From the NCBI GenBank assembly GCA_045602405.1, contig JAZSBN010000052.1:6193-70192 (forward strand): 64,000 nt of DNA. Direction: 5' to 3'. A model generated the notes under the pieces. The model did no database searches. It was not told the DNA's origin and saw only the letters and a list, made by a program, of their open reading frames with translations. Of the stretch, positions 18,866-29,564 are shown piece after piece. The position numbers were made by a program, and so were the translations under genes. Source of the stretch: Ruminiclostridium sp. GTDB taxonomy: Bacteria > Bacillota > Clostridia > Oscillospirales > Ruminococcaceae. Positions within the stretch are counted from its first letter, which is position 1. The number at the start of each line of letters is the position of its first letter.

Positions 18866-20041
18866 ATGGCAAAGTTTTTATTTACATCCGAAAGCGTTAC
18901 CGAAGGACATCCCGATAAAATCTGTGACTGTATCTCCGATAGCGTACTTGACGCACTTTTAGCTCAGGACCCTATGTCCCGTGTAGCCTGTGAAACCTGT
19001 ACAACAACAGGTATGGTTATGGTTATGGGCGAAATTACAACAAAGGCAACAATCGACATTCCCTCTATCGTAAGAGAGGCTGTAAGAGAAATCGGCTATG
19101 ATAACGCTGAATACGGCTTCGACTGCAACACCTGTGCAGTTCTCACAACTCTCGACAAGCAGTCTCCCGACATCGCTATGGGCGTAGACAACGCTCTCGA
19201 GGGAAGAGAAGAAAACGCAATGGATACAGGTGCAGGCGACCAGGGTATGATGTTCGGTTACGCTTGTAACGAAACTAAGGAGCTTATGCCTCTTCCTATC
19301 TCCCTTGCGCAGAAGCTTGCAAAGAAGCTTACTGACGTAAGAAAGAGCGGAGAGCTCGATTATCTCCTTCCCGACGGAAAGTCTCAGGTTACTGTTGAAT
19401 ACGTTGACGGTAAGCCCAAGAGAGTTGACACAGTAGTTATCTCCTCCCAGCATAAGGCTTCCGCTACTCTCGAACAGATCCGTAAGGACGTTATCGAAAA
19501 GATTATAAAGACTACTATTCCTGCAGAATTACTCGACGATGAAACAAAGTATTTCGTAAACCCCACAGGACGCTTCGTAGTAGGCGGACCTCAGGGCGAC
19601 AGCGGTCTTACAGGACGTAAGATTATCGTTGATACATACGGCGGATACGCTCGTCACGGCGGCGGTGCATTCTCCGGTAAGGACCCGACAAAGGTTGACC
19701 GTTCGGCAGCTTACGCGGCAAGATATGTTGCAAAGAACATTGTTGCAGCAGGACTTGCTGACAAGTGTGAGGTTGAAATCGCATACGCTATCGGCGTAGC
19801 TAAGCCTGTTTCTGTTCTCGTAGATACCTTCGGTACAGGTAAGGTAAGCGACGAAAAGCTTTCCGACGCAGTAGCAGAAGTATTCGACCTTCGTCCCGCA
19901 GCTATCATTTCTACACTCGAGCTCAGAAAGCCCCAGTATAAGGCTCTCTCCGCTTACGGTCACATGGGCCGTGAGGATCTCGGCGTAGCATGGGAAAGAA
20001 CCGATAAGATTGACGCTTTAAAGGCGGCAGTAGCTAAGTAA
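18866..20041 (+). CDS. metK: S-adenosylmethionine synthetase
   Basis: [28 protein letters not shown]. Confidence 0.98.
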   Translation: MAKFLFTSESVTEGHPDKICDCISDSVLDALLAQDPMSRVACETCTTTGMVMVMGEITTKATIDIPSIVREAVREIGYDNAEYGFDCNTCAVLTTLDKQSPDIAMGVDNALEGREENAMDTGAGDQGMMFGYACNETKELMPLPISLAQKLAKKLTDVRKSGELDYLLPDGKSQVTVEYVDGKPKRVDTVVISSQHKASATLEQIRKDVIEKIIKTTIPAELLDDETKYFVNPTGRFVVGGPQGDSGLTGRKIIVDTYGGYARHGGGAFSGKDPTKVDRSAAYAARYVAKNIVAAGLADKCEVEIAYAIGVAKPVSVLVDTFGTGKVSDEKLSDAVAEVFDLRPAAIISTLELRKPQYKALSAYGHMGREDLGVAWERTDKIDALKAAVAK

Positions 20042-20063
20042 AAAGCTTTACAGAATAAGATGA

Positions 20064-20090
20064 AATCCCGCAGTCGGTGACTGCGGGATT
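20064..20090. terminator. Probable bidirectional terminator
   Basis: 12-bp inverted repeat between convergent genes. Confidence 0.75.
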
Positions 20091-20108
20091 ACTGTTTATT
20101 TGGATTTA

Positions 20109-20801
20109 TTATTCAGCGGCAATAAATATATCCATATAATTTTTTCCGTCGATAACGTACTCCTTTTCGAAGCAGGGAATTATTTTCTTATCCTCCTTAT
20201 GTCCGATTCCGTTCACATTCATATGGGTCATAAGAATCTTATAGGCATTAGGAATTATATTGAAGGGTGCGTCGGTATAATCCCTGACGGTAATAGCAAT
20301 ATATTTCTGCGTTTCCTGTCGGATAATCTCCATTCCCTCTCTGTCACAGGACAAGCCTTCGGGCAGTATCAACGCCGCCGCATAACCATGCATGTTGAAA
20401 ACGTTTATCTGCTCCTGAGAAAGCACGGGAAAATCCCAGCCGATTATTTCAGGCTCAGCTATACCGAGCCTTTCAGCCCACCTTTGTGCATGACAGATTG
20501 CGTCCTCCTCGGGTTCCCTGCTAATAACGGCATATCGGATATAGCTGAAGGCTTTAACCTGTTCAATCCGTATATCGGAACAGCAGTCGTCGCACAGACC
20601 CATATCGCCTCTTACGACCTCATCCATACTGCAGGAAAACAAGCCGCATATTTCTATCAGCTTATCAATTTCGGGATATACCGTATCAAGCTCCCATTTC
20701 GAAACAGTCTGACGGCTTACGCCGAGCTTTTCCGCCAGCTCCTCCTGAGTCATTCTGTTTCTCATTTTACGAAGAAACTGTAAATTCTGTCCAAAACTCA
20801 T
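20109..20801 (-). CDS. XRE-family HTH regulator with C-terminal GyrI-like effector domain
   Basis: MTQEELAEKLGVSRQTVSKWE; C-terminal domain assigned by pattern. Confidence 0.85.
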   Translation of the reverse strand: MSFGQNLQFLRKMRNRMTQEELAEKLGVSRQTVSKWELDTVYPEIDKLIEICGLFSCSMDEVVRGDMGLCDDCCSDIRIEQVKAFSYIRYAVISREPEEDAICHAQRWAERLGIAEPEIIGWDFPVLSQEQINVFNMHGYAAALILPEGLSCDREGMEIIRQETQKYIAITVRDYTDAPFNIIPNAYKILMTHMNVNGIGHKEDKKIIPCFEKEYVIDGKNYMDIFIAAE

Positions 20802-20912
20802 ATAATTAAGCCTCCTTGTATCTGATAAATGTATTTTAACACGGAGACAGTCGGTTTTCCACCAACAACAGAGTTCTTTTTTTACGGAAAAAGCAACTTA
20901 AAGGTGCATACA

Positions 20913-22775
20913 TTATCTTATTGTGATTACTGCATAATCAAAGGGAGAAACGCTTAATTTATCCTCGTTGAAATAACCGTGTTCAACCTTAACGGAGCCG
21001 TATACTCCAAGCTCAGCAAGGCTCTTTGTAACAGATTTCTTGGACTTGTTTACGATAACTATAGCCTTTTCGCCGATTTCCTTATCCTCGCGGCTGAATA
21101 CAGCATAATCGGAGGTTACTTCGATGAAGCGGATATTACCCTTAGCGAAGGCCTTTACATTCTTTCTTACCTTACCGAGAGTCTTTGTGTATTCGATAAG
21201 CTCTCTGTCGGGACTTGACCAGGGGTATGTGCGGCGGTTAAAGGGATCCTTATAGCCCTCCTGACCTGCCTCGTCGCCATAGTAAACCGAAGGAATACCG
21301 GGAAGGAAGAACTGTAACGCCATAGCACATCTCATAAGTGCCACACCGTAGGCATACTGGCTATCGGAGAGATAACGCTCAGCCTGCCATTCACGTCCAT
21401 TCCAGCCCACATCCTCACCTGCAAGTCTTGTTATTGCACGTTCGGTATCATGAGTAGAGAGGAAGTTCATGAGAACATCGGTAGAAGGCTTCGGATAATG
21501 GTCAACTATAGTCATGACCCCGTCCTCGAGAACTCTCGGGTCACCGAGCTTAACATAATTGAGGATTGCCTCCTTGAAGGGGTAGTTCATAACGCTGTCA
21601 AGCTGGTCGCCGATAAGATAGCGGCGGCGTACACCGTAGCTTTCCTTATTGGTAGCGTCCTCCCATACCTCGCCGTAGATTATCTTGTCATCACCCTTAG
21701 CCTTGACCGCCTTGTTGAGATTATCAATGAATTCGTCGGGGAGCTCGTCCGCAACATCGAGACGCCAGCCTGCCGCACCTAAATCAATCCATTTCTGTAA
21801 AATTCCGCCATCGCCGCAGATATAATTGGTATAAGCGGGATTATTCTCATTAACGTTAGGAAGGGTTGTAATTCCCCACCAGGATTCGTATACATCAGGA
21901 TAATTGCTGAAGCTGTACCATTCTCTGTAGGGGCTTTCGGGGTCACGGTATGCACCTACATTGTCACCGTAACGGCCTGTCTTGTTGAAATAAATTGAGT
22001 CTGCACCCGTGTGGGAGAAAACACCGTCAAGAATTATGCTTATGCCCTTTTCCTTTGCAGCCTTACAGAGATTCACAAAATCCTCCTCCGTACCTAAAAG
22101 AGGGTCAATTTTGGAATAGTCGGAGGTGCAGTAGCGGTGATTTTCCTGAGCCTCAAAAATAGGATTCAGGTATATTACCGTTACGCCTAATTCGGCAAGA
22201 TAACCGAGCTTTTCCTGAATTCCCTTAAGGTCGCCGCCGAAATAGTCGCTGTTTGTTATCTGACCTCTGCTGTCGGGACGCCAGTCGGGAGTGTCATTCC
22301 AGTTGGTATGAATCTTTCTGTCATAGGGAACGTCATTATGAGGAGCACCGCTCTTAGCGAAGCGGTCAGGGAAAATCTGGTACATTATACCGCCCTTGAT
22401 CCAGTCGGGAGTTGTCATACCCTCTTTATATACGGTAAGCTGGAAAAGGTCGCCGTTATCAATAACGCCCTCGCTTGCACCGTTCTTCTTGATATAATGG
22501 CGGTTTCTGTTGATAAGGAGAGAGAAGTAATAGAAATGAAGTCCTAAGTCGGCAGGAGTATAGCTGCAGCTATAAACAGCAAAGCCGTCCTTCACATCAA
22601 TCTTTTCAAGCTTTGTGAAGCGTTCCTTCTGACCGGGTCTGAAAACTACGAGAAGGGGCTCTTCAATAATCAAATCATCGGGAAATCTGAGGGTAAAAAC
22701 ACACTCGCTGTAGCGTTCTATAGCACCGAAGGGCTTTTTATAGTTCTCGTCAAAACAATCGTAAATCGGGATCAT
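20913..22775 (-). CDS. GH13 neopullulanase/amylopullulanase-like glycoside hydrolase
   Basis: YQIFPDRF, GWRLDVADE, GEVWE, FLSTHD. Confidence 0.92.
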   Translation of the reverse strand: MIPIYDCFDENYKKPFGAIERYSECVFTLRFPDDLIIEEPLLVVFRPGQKERFTKLEKIDVKDGFAVYSCSYTPADLGLHFYYFSLLINRNRHYIKKNGASEGVIDNGDLFQLTVYKEGMTTPDWIKGGIMYQIFPDRFAKSGAPHNDVPYDRKIHTNWNDTPDWRPDSRGQITNSDYFGGDLKGIQEKLGYLAELGVTVIYLNPIFEAQENHRYCTSDYSKIDPLLGTEEDFVNLCKAAKEKGISIILDGVFSHTGADSIYFNKTGRYGDNVGAYRDPESPYREWYSFSNYPDVYESWWGITTLPNVNENNPAYTNYICGDGGILQKWIDLGAAGWRLDVADELPDEFIDNLNKAVKAKGDDKIIYGEVWEDATNKESYGVRRRYLIGDQLDSVMNYPFKEAILNYVKLGDPRVLEDGVMTIVDHYPKPSTDVLMNFLSTHDTERAITRLAGEDVGWNGREWQAERYLSDSQYAYGVALMRCAMALQFFLPGIPSVYYGDEAGQEGYKDPFNRRTYPWSSPDRELIEYTKTLGKVRKNVKAFAKGNIRFIEVTSDYAVFSREDKEIGEKAIVIVNKSKKSVTKSLAELGVYGSVKVEHGYFNEDKLSVSPFDYAVITIR

Positions 22776-22835
22776 AGTTTCCTCCTATAAGCTAAGCCGC
22801 CGCACAGTATACTGCACGGCGGAATAAGTCTGAAA

Positions 22836-25232
22836 TTAGATAATGTGCCAGATATCTCTTGCGTAGTCTGTAACTGCACGGTCTGCAGAGAATACGCCTG
22901 CGCCGGAAATGTTGGCGAGGGACATCTTGTTCCACTTTTCGATATCCTTGTATACTTCTCTTGCCTTAGCCTGTGTATTGTGATAGCTGTCAAAGTCAGC
23001 AAGACACATATACTGGTCAACGTATCTGATAGCGTTGGCAACTTCGTCGAAGGTTGCACCGTTGAAGCCCTTGTACATAGAGTCGATAGCGGCTCTGATT
23101 GTGGGGTTATGGTCATAGTAGCCGTCGGGAGAATATCCGTTCTGCTTCATAACGTTAACCTCGGGAGTAGACATACCGAAGATAAAGATATTATCATCGC
23201 CAACCTGCTCGTGGATTTCAACGTTAGCACCGTCGTAGGTACCCATTGTAACAGCACCGTTGAGCATGAGCTTCATGTTACCTGTACCGCTTGCTTCTGT
23301 ACCTGCGAGAGAAATCTGTTCGGAAATTTCAGCGGCAGGCATGAGCATTTCGGAAAGAGTTACACGGTAGTCTTCAAGGAATACTACTGCAAGCTTTTCA
23401 TTAAGCTTGGGGTTCTTCTTGAGTTCTTCGCCGATACACCAGATAAGCTTGATGATCTGCTTAGCCATGTAGTAACCGGGAGCTGCCTTGGAGGCAAAGA
23501 TATAGGTCTTGGGAACAAAGTTAGCGTCGGGGTTATTAAGGAGATAGTTATACTCGGAAATAATGTTGAGAGCGTTGAGCTGCTGACGCTTATACTCGTG
23601 GAGACGCTTAACCTGTACGTCGAAAATACTGTCGAGGTTGAGCTTTGCGCCTGTTGTGTTGAGTACATACTTAGCGAAATCAGCCTTGTTCTGTCTCTTT
23701 ATATCAGCAAGCTTCTTAAGAACAGTGCTGTCGTTTTCGAAGAGTCTGAACTTTGAAAGATCCTGACCATTCTTCTTGAAGCCGTCTCCGATACATTCGG
23801 AAAGAAGCTTTGTAAGTCTGGGGTTGGACTGGAGGAGCCAACGACGGTAAGCGATACCGTTAGTTACATTTGTGAACTTTGTGGGCTTATCCTTGAATTC
23901 GTCGTTGAATACGCTGTCCTTGATAATCTCACTGTGGAGCTTGGAAACGCCGTTAACGGAATGAGAACCGTCAACACAGAGATTAGCCATTCTGATCTTG
24001 TTGTTGTTGAAGATAGACATACGTTCAACAACCTCGCCAGGAAGTCTGTTGGAAAGACCTTCACAGTAACGGCGGTTGATTTCACAGATGATAGAATAGA
24101 TTCTGGGGAGAATTCTTGCAATAAGATCCTTATCCCACTTTTCGAGAGCCTCCGCCATAACTGTATGGTTTGTATATGCAAAGGTATTGCATACGATATG
24201 CCATGACTTGGACCAGGAATATCCGCACTCGTCGAGGAGTATTCTCATAAGCTCGGGAATAGCAAGAGTAGGATGAGTATCGTTGATGTGGATAGCAACC
24301 TTATCGTGAAGGTTATCGAGAGTACCGTAGCAGTTCATGTGTCTCATTACGATATCGCCGATAGAAGCCGCACACATGAAATACTGCTGACGGAGACGGA
24401 GAGCCTTACCCTCAAGGTGGTTATCGTTAGGATAAAGAACCTTTGTAAGAGCGTGAGCGATGTTGTTTGCACCGAGAGCGTTAGCGTAGTCGCCTGCATT
24501 GAATGCACTCATATCGAAGGACATACTCTTTGCGCTCCAGAGACGAAGCTTGGAAACACCCTCGCTGTCGTAACCGGAAATATACATATCGTAAGGTACT
24601 GCAAGAACGGGTACATAGTTTACATGAGAAATATGGTGGTATTCATTATCCCAGTATTCCTTTACTTCGCCGTCGAAATGAACCTCAACAGCCTGTTCGG
24701 GAACGGGAGTAATCCAGGATTCGCCGCCGGGGAGCCAGTTATCGGGAAGCTCTGTCTGCCAGCCTTCCATGATCTTCTGCTTGAAGATACCGTATTCATA
24801 AAGGAGAGAGTAGCCTGTTGCAGGATATGCACAGGTAGCCATACCGTCCATATAGCAGGCGGCAAGACGACCGAGACCGCCGTTACCGAGACCTGCGTCA
24901 GGCTCTTCGTCATAGATTGTTTCAATCTTGATGTTATAATCGTCCTTAAGAACCTTTTCAACCTCTTCATTCATTTCGAGATTGTAGAGAGATGTCTTTA
25001 AGGAACGACCCATAAGGAATTCCATGGAGATGTAGTAAACCTGCTTCTTGCCTGTGGAATTACATTTTGTCATGAATGAGTGACGCTTTTCTTTAAGATA
25101 AGCAACAACAATGCTGGAAAGCGCTTTATAAATCTGAGTACTGTTAGCCGCTTCGGGATCAACTCTGAAATCAATTAAAAGCGTATCCTTTAACTTCTGA
25201 CTTAATTCTTTCGCCGTAAATGGTGAGTTCAT
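22836..25232 (-). CDS. glgP: Glycogen/starch phosphorylase
   Basis: GLGNGGLGRLAAC, HINDTHP, EASGTGNMKLMLNG. Confidence 0.97.
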   Translation of the reverse strand: MNSPFTAKELSQKLKDTLLIDFRVDPEAANSTQIYKALSSIVVAYLKEKRHSFMTKCNSTGKKQVYYISMEFLMGRSLKTSLYNLEMNEEVEKVLKDDYNIKIETIYDEEPDAGLGNGGLGRLAACYMDGMATCAYPATGYSLLYEYGIFKQKIMEGWQTELPDNWLPGGESWITPVPEQAVEVHFDGEVKEYWDNEYHHISHVNYVPVLAVPYDMYISGYDSEGVSKLRLWSAKSMSFDMSAFNAGDYANALGANNIAHALTKVLYPNDNHLEGKALRLRQQYFMCAASIGDIVMRHMNCYGTLDNLHDKVAIHINDTHPTLAIPELMRILLDECGYSWSKSWHIVCNTFAYTNHTVMAEALEKWDKDLIARILPRIYSIICEINRRYCEGLSNRLPGEVVERMSIFNNNKIRMANLCVDGSHSVNGVSKLHSEIIKDSVFNDEFKDKPTKFTNVTNGIAYRRWLLQSNPRLTKLLSECIGDGFKKNGQDLSKFRLFENDSTVLKKLADIKRQNKADFAKYVLNTTGAKLNLDSIFDVQVKRLHEYKRQQLNALNIISEYNYLLNNPDANFVPKTYIFASKAAPGYYMAKQIIKLIWCIGEELKKNPKLNEKLAVVFLEDYRVTLSEMLMPAAEISEQISLAGTEASGTGNMKLMLNGAVTMGTYDGANVEIHEQVGDDNIFIFGMSTPEVNVMKQNGYSPDGYYDHNPTIRAAIDSMYKGFNGATFDEVANAIRYVDQYMCLADFDSYHNTQAKAREVYKDIEKWNKMSLANISGAGVFSADRAVTDYARDIWHII

Positions 25233-25441
25233 TGTCTTTTTCCAACCCTTCTGATTTTATAAATATGCTTTTACAATTATAAACCAAAAAACTAAAAATT
25301 TCAATAGTTTTTCTTATTTCGCTGAAAATTTACACCTTATTTACAATAATTTTCGCATTTTCCGAAGCCAAATATGGCTATATGCATAATTTTTAACCCG
25401 ATTTTTTATAGAAAATAACGATATAATATTACAGTAAATCG

Positions 25442-26290
25442 CTAAAATTCCAGTTCTTCACCTGTCTGAAGGTACTGAATTCTGTCTCCAAGCTTGGATT
25501 TAAGTATACCGTAGCCTGTAAGCCCTGTACAGTGGCAGGTGTAAATTGTACCCGTCTCTATAGCTTTAAGCTCATTTATGGTTTTGTCGATATAATCTAT
25601 GCTGCAGCACAGCTTTTTTGTCGAGGAGCCCATAAGATGAAAGCCTCCGATAACGGAAAGTATCGGTACATCGGGAAATCTCATATTTACCGTTCTTAAA
25701 ACGTTCACAATGCCGCAGTGAGAACAGCTTGAAATAACCACACAGCCCTTATCGCGGCGCTTATCGGGGAAAAATACGAAAAACACCTCGTGGGAGAAGT
25801 CATCCCTTATGACCTGTCCGTCGCTTCGCATATACAGCCGCTTATCCTCGCAGTACATTGAATAATCAAGGTATTCGTTGGACATGGCGAAAACACCGCT
25901 GTCTATTTCCTGAAACCTGTTATAGAAAATGAAATTTTCCGAATGTTCTTCACGGAGATAGGAAATCTGACCTATCGGAACACGAAGAAAGCTCTGCTTT
26001 ATATAAAAATCATTATCCGCCGCCTTCTTTGCATAAATCTCAGCGTCGGGATTTATTTTGAGGAACGCCTCTATACCGCCTGTATGGTCGTAATGATTAT
26101 GTGAAATAAGAACCTTTGAAACCTCTTCTACAGGTACCCTCATTTTTTTTGCATTTGCAATAAACTTATCGGAAGCGCCTGTATCAATGAGATATTTTTC
26201 TCCTGCATTTTCAACATAAAGACAAAGGCCGTGCTCCGCCTTAAGCTTTTCGGCGGCACTTGTATTCTCAATAAGAGCAACTATTCTCAT
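25442..26290 (-). CDS. MBL-fold metallo-hydrolase
   Basis: SHNHYDHTGG, CSHCG, GGFHL, HCTG. Confidence 0.9.
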   Translation of the reverse strand: MRIVALIENTSAAEKLKAEHGLCLYVENAGEKYLIDTGASDKFIANAKKMRVPVEEVSKVLISHNHYDHTGGIEAFLKINPDAEIYAKKAADNDFYIKQSFLRVPIGQISYLREEHSENFIFYNRFQEIDSGVFAMSNEYLDYSMYCEDKRLYMRSDGQVIRDDFSHEVFFVFFPDKRRDKGCVVISSCSHCGIVNVLRTVNMRFPDVPILSVIGGFHLMGSSTKKLCCSIDYIDKTINELKAIETGTIYTCHCTGLTGYGILKSKLGDRIQYLQTGEELEF

Positions 26291-26291
26291 A

Positions 26292-27110
26292 TTACGCCTT
26301 CCCCTTTACATCAATAAATACAATTTCGGGACGATTGAACACCCTCGGAATAACTGCATTCAGTATATTTCTCTGAAGACCGCGGCTTACTATCATTTCA
26401 GTATTGTTTTCGGTGTATCTTCCTCCTGCATATTCAGGGAAAAGTCCCTGATTCGGAGCATATACACCGTTCAGAACAAAAGGAATCACAACCTGACCGC
26501 CGTGAGCGTGCCCCGAGAGTACAAGGTCAAAGCCTTTTCCCGAAACCTCGGGAAACTGCTCGGGATAATGATTTATAAGTACGTTGTAGCAGTCCTCCGA
26601 AACAGCGGAAAGAGCATTCTGATACTCCTCTGTACCGCTTATTCCCTCTATACCGATAAAACGCACCCTGTTCCCTTTTATCTCCATGTCGGAATATTCC
26701 CCGTCCAGAACAGTAACGCCTCTCTGAGCCATTTTCTGTTTAAGGCTTTCGCTGTCGCCGCGCCATATTTCGTGATTTCCTATGGAGTAGAAGCAGTCAT
26801 ACTCCGAAGCAAGCCTTTCCACCAGCAGGTCGGAATTACCATCACCCCAATGTTCATCATAAAGGTCGCCGCCGAAAATTACTGCGTCTGGATTATATTT
26901 CTTCACGGAATCAACCAGCTCGCACATATCCTTGCCGTATCTGCTGTTATGTACATCGGAAATGAAGGCCAGTCTTACTCCTTCCCCGACCTTTTCACTT
27001 TCAAGGGTATAGCTTACCTCGGAAAGTGCAGTACTGCACACAAAGGGATAAGCTATAAGAATAACCGCCGCCGCTATAGTCAGAATACGCTTTTTTCTTT
27101 CAGTCATCAC
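26292..27110 (-). CDS. Calcineurin-like metallophosphoesterase with N-terminal TM
   Basis: SDVH, GDLY, GNHE, GHAHGGQ. Confidence 0.9.
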   Translation of the reverse strand: MMTERKKRILTIAAAVILIAYPFVCSTALSEVSYTLESEKVGEGVRLAFISDVHNSRYGKDMCELVDSVKKYNPDAVIFGGDLYDEHWGDGNSDLLVERLASEYDCFYSIGNHEIWRGDSESLKQKMAQRGVTVLDGEYSDMEIKGNRVRFIGIEGISGTEEYQNALSAVSEDCYNVLINHYPEQFPEVSGKGFDLVLSGHAHGGQVVIPFVLNGVYAPNQGLFPEYAGGRYTENNTEMIVSRGLQRNILNAVIPRVFNRPEIVFIDVKGKA

Positions 27111-28111
27111 TTCAGTTCAACAAATCCGACCTTCTTATATACCTTCTGAAGGGTTCTTCTGGAAGCCTTATACGCCTTTTCGGCACCAAGCTTCATGCAA
27201 TCGTTGATGTATTTCTTGTCAGCGATTATCTTGTTGAATTCAGCCTGCATGGGAGCGAGCATATCGGCTGTCGCCTCACCTACAGCAAGCTTGAAATCGC
27301 CGTAGCCCTTACCCTTGAATTCCGCTTCTATTTCCTCGAAGGACTTATCGGTAACTGCGGAATAAATGGACATGAGGTTATTTATTCCGTCCTTACCCTC
27401 ACGGTAGCATACCTCTGTTTCGCTGTCGGTAACGGCTCTCTTGAATTTTCTTATAATTGTATCCTTATCGTCAAGGATAGAAACGCTCGCATTGGGATTC
27501 TCGTCGGACTTGCTCATTTTCTTTGCAGGATCCTGAAGGGACATGATTTTTGCAGTAGTCTTTGTGATGTAAGGCTCAGGCATCACGAAGGTCTCGCCGT
27601 AAACCTGATTGAAACGCTGTGCGATATTTCTCGTAAGCTCAAGATGCTGCTTCTGGTCAACGCCTACAGGAACAAGGTCAGCCTGATAAAGAAGAATATC
27701 CGCCGCCATAAGAACGGGATATGTGAAAAGACCTGCATTGATATTTTCTGGGTGCTTTTCGCTCTTATCCTTGAACTGAGTCATACGGGAAAGCTCACCG
27801 AACTGGGTATAACATGAAAGTACCCATGAAAGCTCAGCGTGTGCAGGATTATGTCCCTGTACAAAGGCGATAGACTTTTCGGGGTCTACGCCCATAGCGA
27901 GAAGAAGCGCATAGCTTTCTACAATCTGCTTTCTGAGCTTCTGGGGATCCTGTCTTACGGTTATGGAATGAAGGTCAACGATGCTATATGCACAGTCATA
28001 TTCATCCTGGAGCTTTATCCAGTTTGTGAGAGCTCCAAGATAGTTACCGAGATGAGGGGTATTCGTAGGCTGAATACCGCTGAAAATACGCTTTTTTCTT
28101 GTTTCTTCCAT
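27107..28111 (-). CDS. trpS: Tryptophan--tRNA ligase
   Basis: SGIQPT..HLGNY, YPVLMAADIL, VPVGVDQKQH, KMSKS. Confidence 0.97.
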   Translation of the reverse strand: MEETRKKRIFSGIQPTNTPHLGNYLGALTNWIKLQDEYDCAYSIVDLHSITVRQDPQKLRKQIVESYALLLAMGVDPEKSIAFVQGHNPAHAELSWVLSCYTQFGELSRMTQFKDKSEKHPENINAGLFTYPVLMAADILLYQADLVPVGVDQKQHLELTRNIAQRFNQVYGETFVMPEPYITKTTAKIMSLQDPAKKMSKSDENPNASVSILDDKDTIIRKFKRAVTDSETEVCYREGKDGINNLMSIYSAVTDKSFEEIEAEFKGKGYGDFKLAVGEATADMLAPMQAEFNKIIADKKYINDCMKLGAEKAYKASRRTLQKVYKKVGFVELK

Positions 28112-28141
28112 TTTATTTTACCAAACCTTTCTTATGTACTA

Positions 28142-29335
28142 TTATTTATATAATGTTTTCGCCGCCATGGCGAGTCTGTCCGTACCTTTTTCTATTTCCT
28201 CGTCGGAAACTCCCGTGTAATTTATACGGAAGGAGAGAGAAGGAATTCCTTCCTCCGGCACAAAGGCTGTCCCGGGGACAATAAGAACCTTATTATCGAG
28301 AGCCTTTCTGAAGAAATAATTTATATCGCCCTCGGGTACTGTTCCGTAAAGGAAGATACCGCCGTCAGGCTCCGTAAAGCTTACGGATGAAGGCATTTTA
28401 TATTTCAGGCAGTTCAGCATAAGATCCGACTTGCGGCGGTAAAGCTCACATATCTCATAAAGATATTCGTCGTAATCATACCTTGTCAGAAGCCTGTGTA
28501 TTATCCTCTGGGATAAAGTATCTGCGTGGAGCGTTGCTCCCTCAAGGAGACATACTGCACGGGGGATAATATTTCCCGAACAGCAGAGATAACCCACCGA
28601 AATTCCCGGAGCCACAGAAGCACAGTAGCTTCCCGCATAGAACACTATACCCTTCTTGTCCATTGAGCGGATAGAAGGAAGGTCTGTACCCGCGAAACGA
28701 ATATCGCTGAAGGAGGCGTCCTCAACTATGAGAACGTTATGCCTGTAGGCAATTTCAAGAATTTCCCTTCTTCTTTCCTCGCTCATCGTGATACCCGTGG
28801 GATCGGAAAAATCGGGGCATACATATATAAAGGCAGTCCTCTGGTTTTCAGTAAGCGCCTGTTCAAGATAAGCGGAGCTCATACCGTCGCTGTCCACGGG
28901 CACGCCCACAAGCCTTGCGCCATAACTGCGGAAGGTATTCATAAGCTCGGCAGGACAGGGATTAGGACAGATTACTGCGTCACCCTCGTTACAGATAAGC
29001 CTCGACAGGATATCGAGAGACTGATGAACTCCCGAGGTAATAATAACATCATCATCGTTCCAGTTCAATATGCCCTTTGAATAAAGCCTGTCCTTTATTA
29101 CGTCCCTTAAGGGCTTATAGCCCTCGGCAGGAGTATGTCCCAGCACGGAAAAGGCGTCGTTTTCAAGAAGCTCACAGGTTATCTCCCGTATGAACTCCGA
29201 AGGAAGAGCCTCCGCCGCAGGAGCCGAGCCTGCGAAGCTGATAAAGGAGGGATCCGTGGCATATTGCATTATCTCCCTTGTAAGAGAGGGCCGGATTTTC
29301 TGTATTCTGTAGGAAAAAGCATTCATATTCCTCAC
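28142..29335 (-). CDS. Class I/II aminotransferase-fold protein lacking the PLP lysine
   Basis: ISFAG, DPTG, IVED, APG..G.Y, FRINY; GSYCASVAPGISVGY in place of GSFSK..APGLRxG. Confidence 0.85.
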   Translation of the reverse strand: MRNMNAFSYRIQKIRPSLTREIMQYATDPSFISFAGSAPAAEALPSEFIREITCELLENDAFSVLGHTPAEGYKPLRDVIKDRLYSKGILNWNDDDVIITSGVHQSLDILSRLICNEGDAVICPNPCPAELMNTFRSYGARLVGVPVDSDGMSSAYLEQALTENQRTAFIYVCPDFSDPTGITMSEERRREILEIAYRHNVLIVEDASFSDIRFAGTDLPSIRSMDKKGIVFYAGSYCASVAPGISVGYLCCSGNIIPRAVCLLEGATLHADTLSQRIIHRLLTRYDYDEYLYEICELYRRKSDLMLNCLKYKMPSSVSFTEPDGGIFLYGTVPEGDINYFFRKALDNKVLIVPGTAFVPEEGIPSLSFRINYTGVSDEEIEKGTDRLAMAAKTLYK

Positions 29336-29564
29336 GGCCTTTCACAATAATATAATCATGATTATAATATCATATTTTTCAGAATATTGCAAGTATCGCA
29401 ATAAATTATGTAATTATTTATTTCCCTTGATAACGGCCTTCCGGACAAAATTGAGGCAAAAATGAAATTTTTATTTTAAAAAATTTCATAAAATACTTGA
29501 CAAATCGCTTAAAATGTATTAAATTCTTATTGTAAGTTTATTACTGAAAGAAAGGACAACCACT

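Noticed and set aside
29400-29560. Purine riboswitch upstream of purC
   Set aside because: No consensus found; only a sigma-A-like promoter
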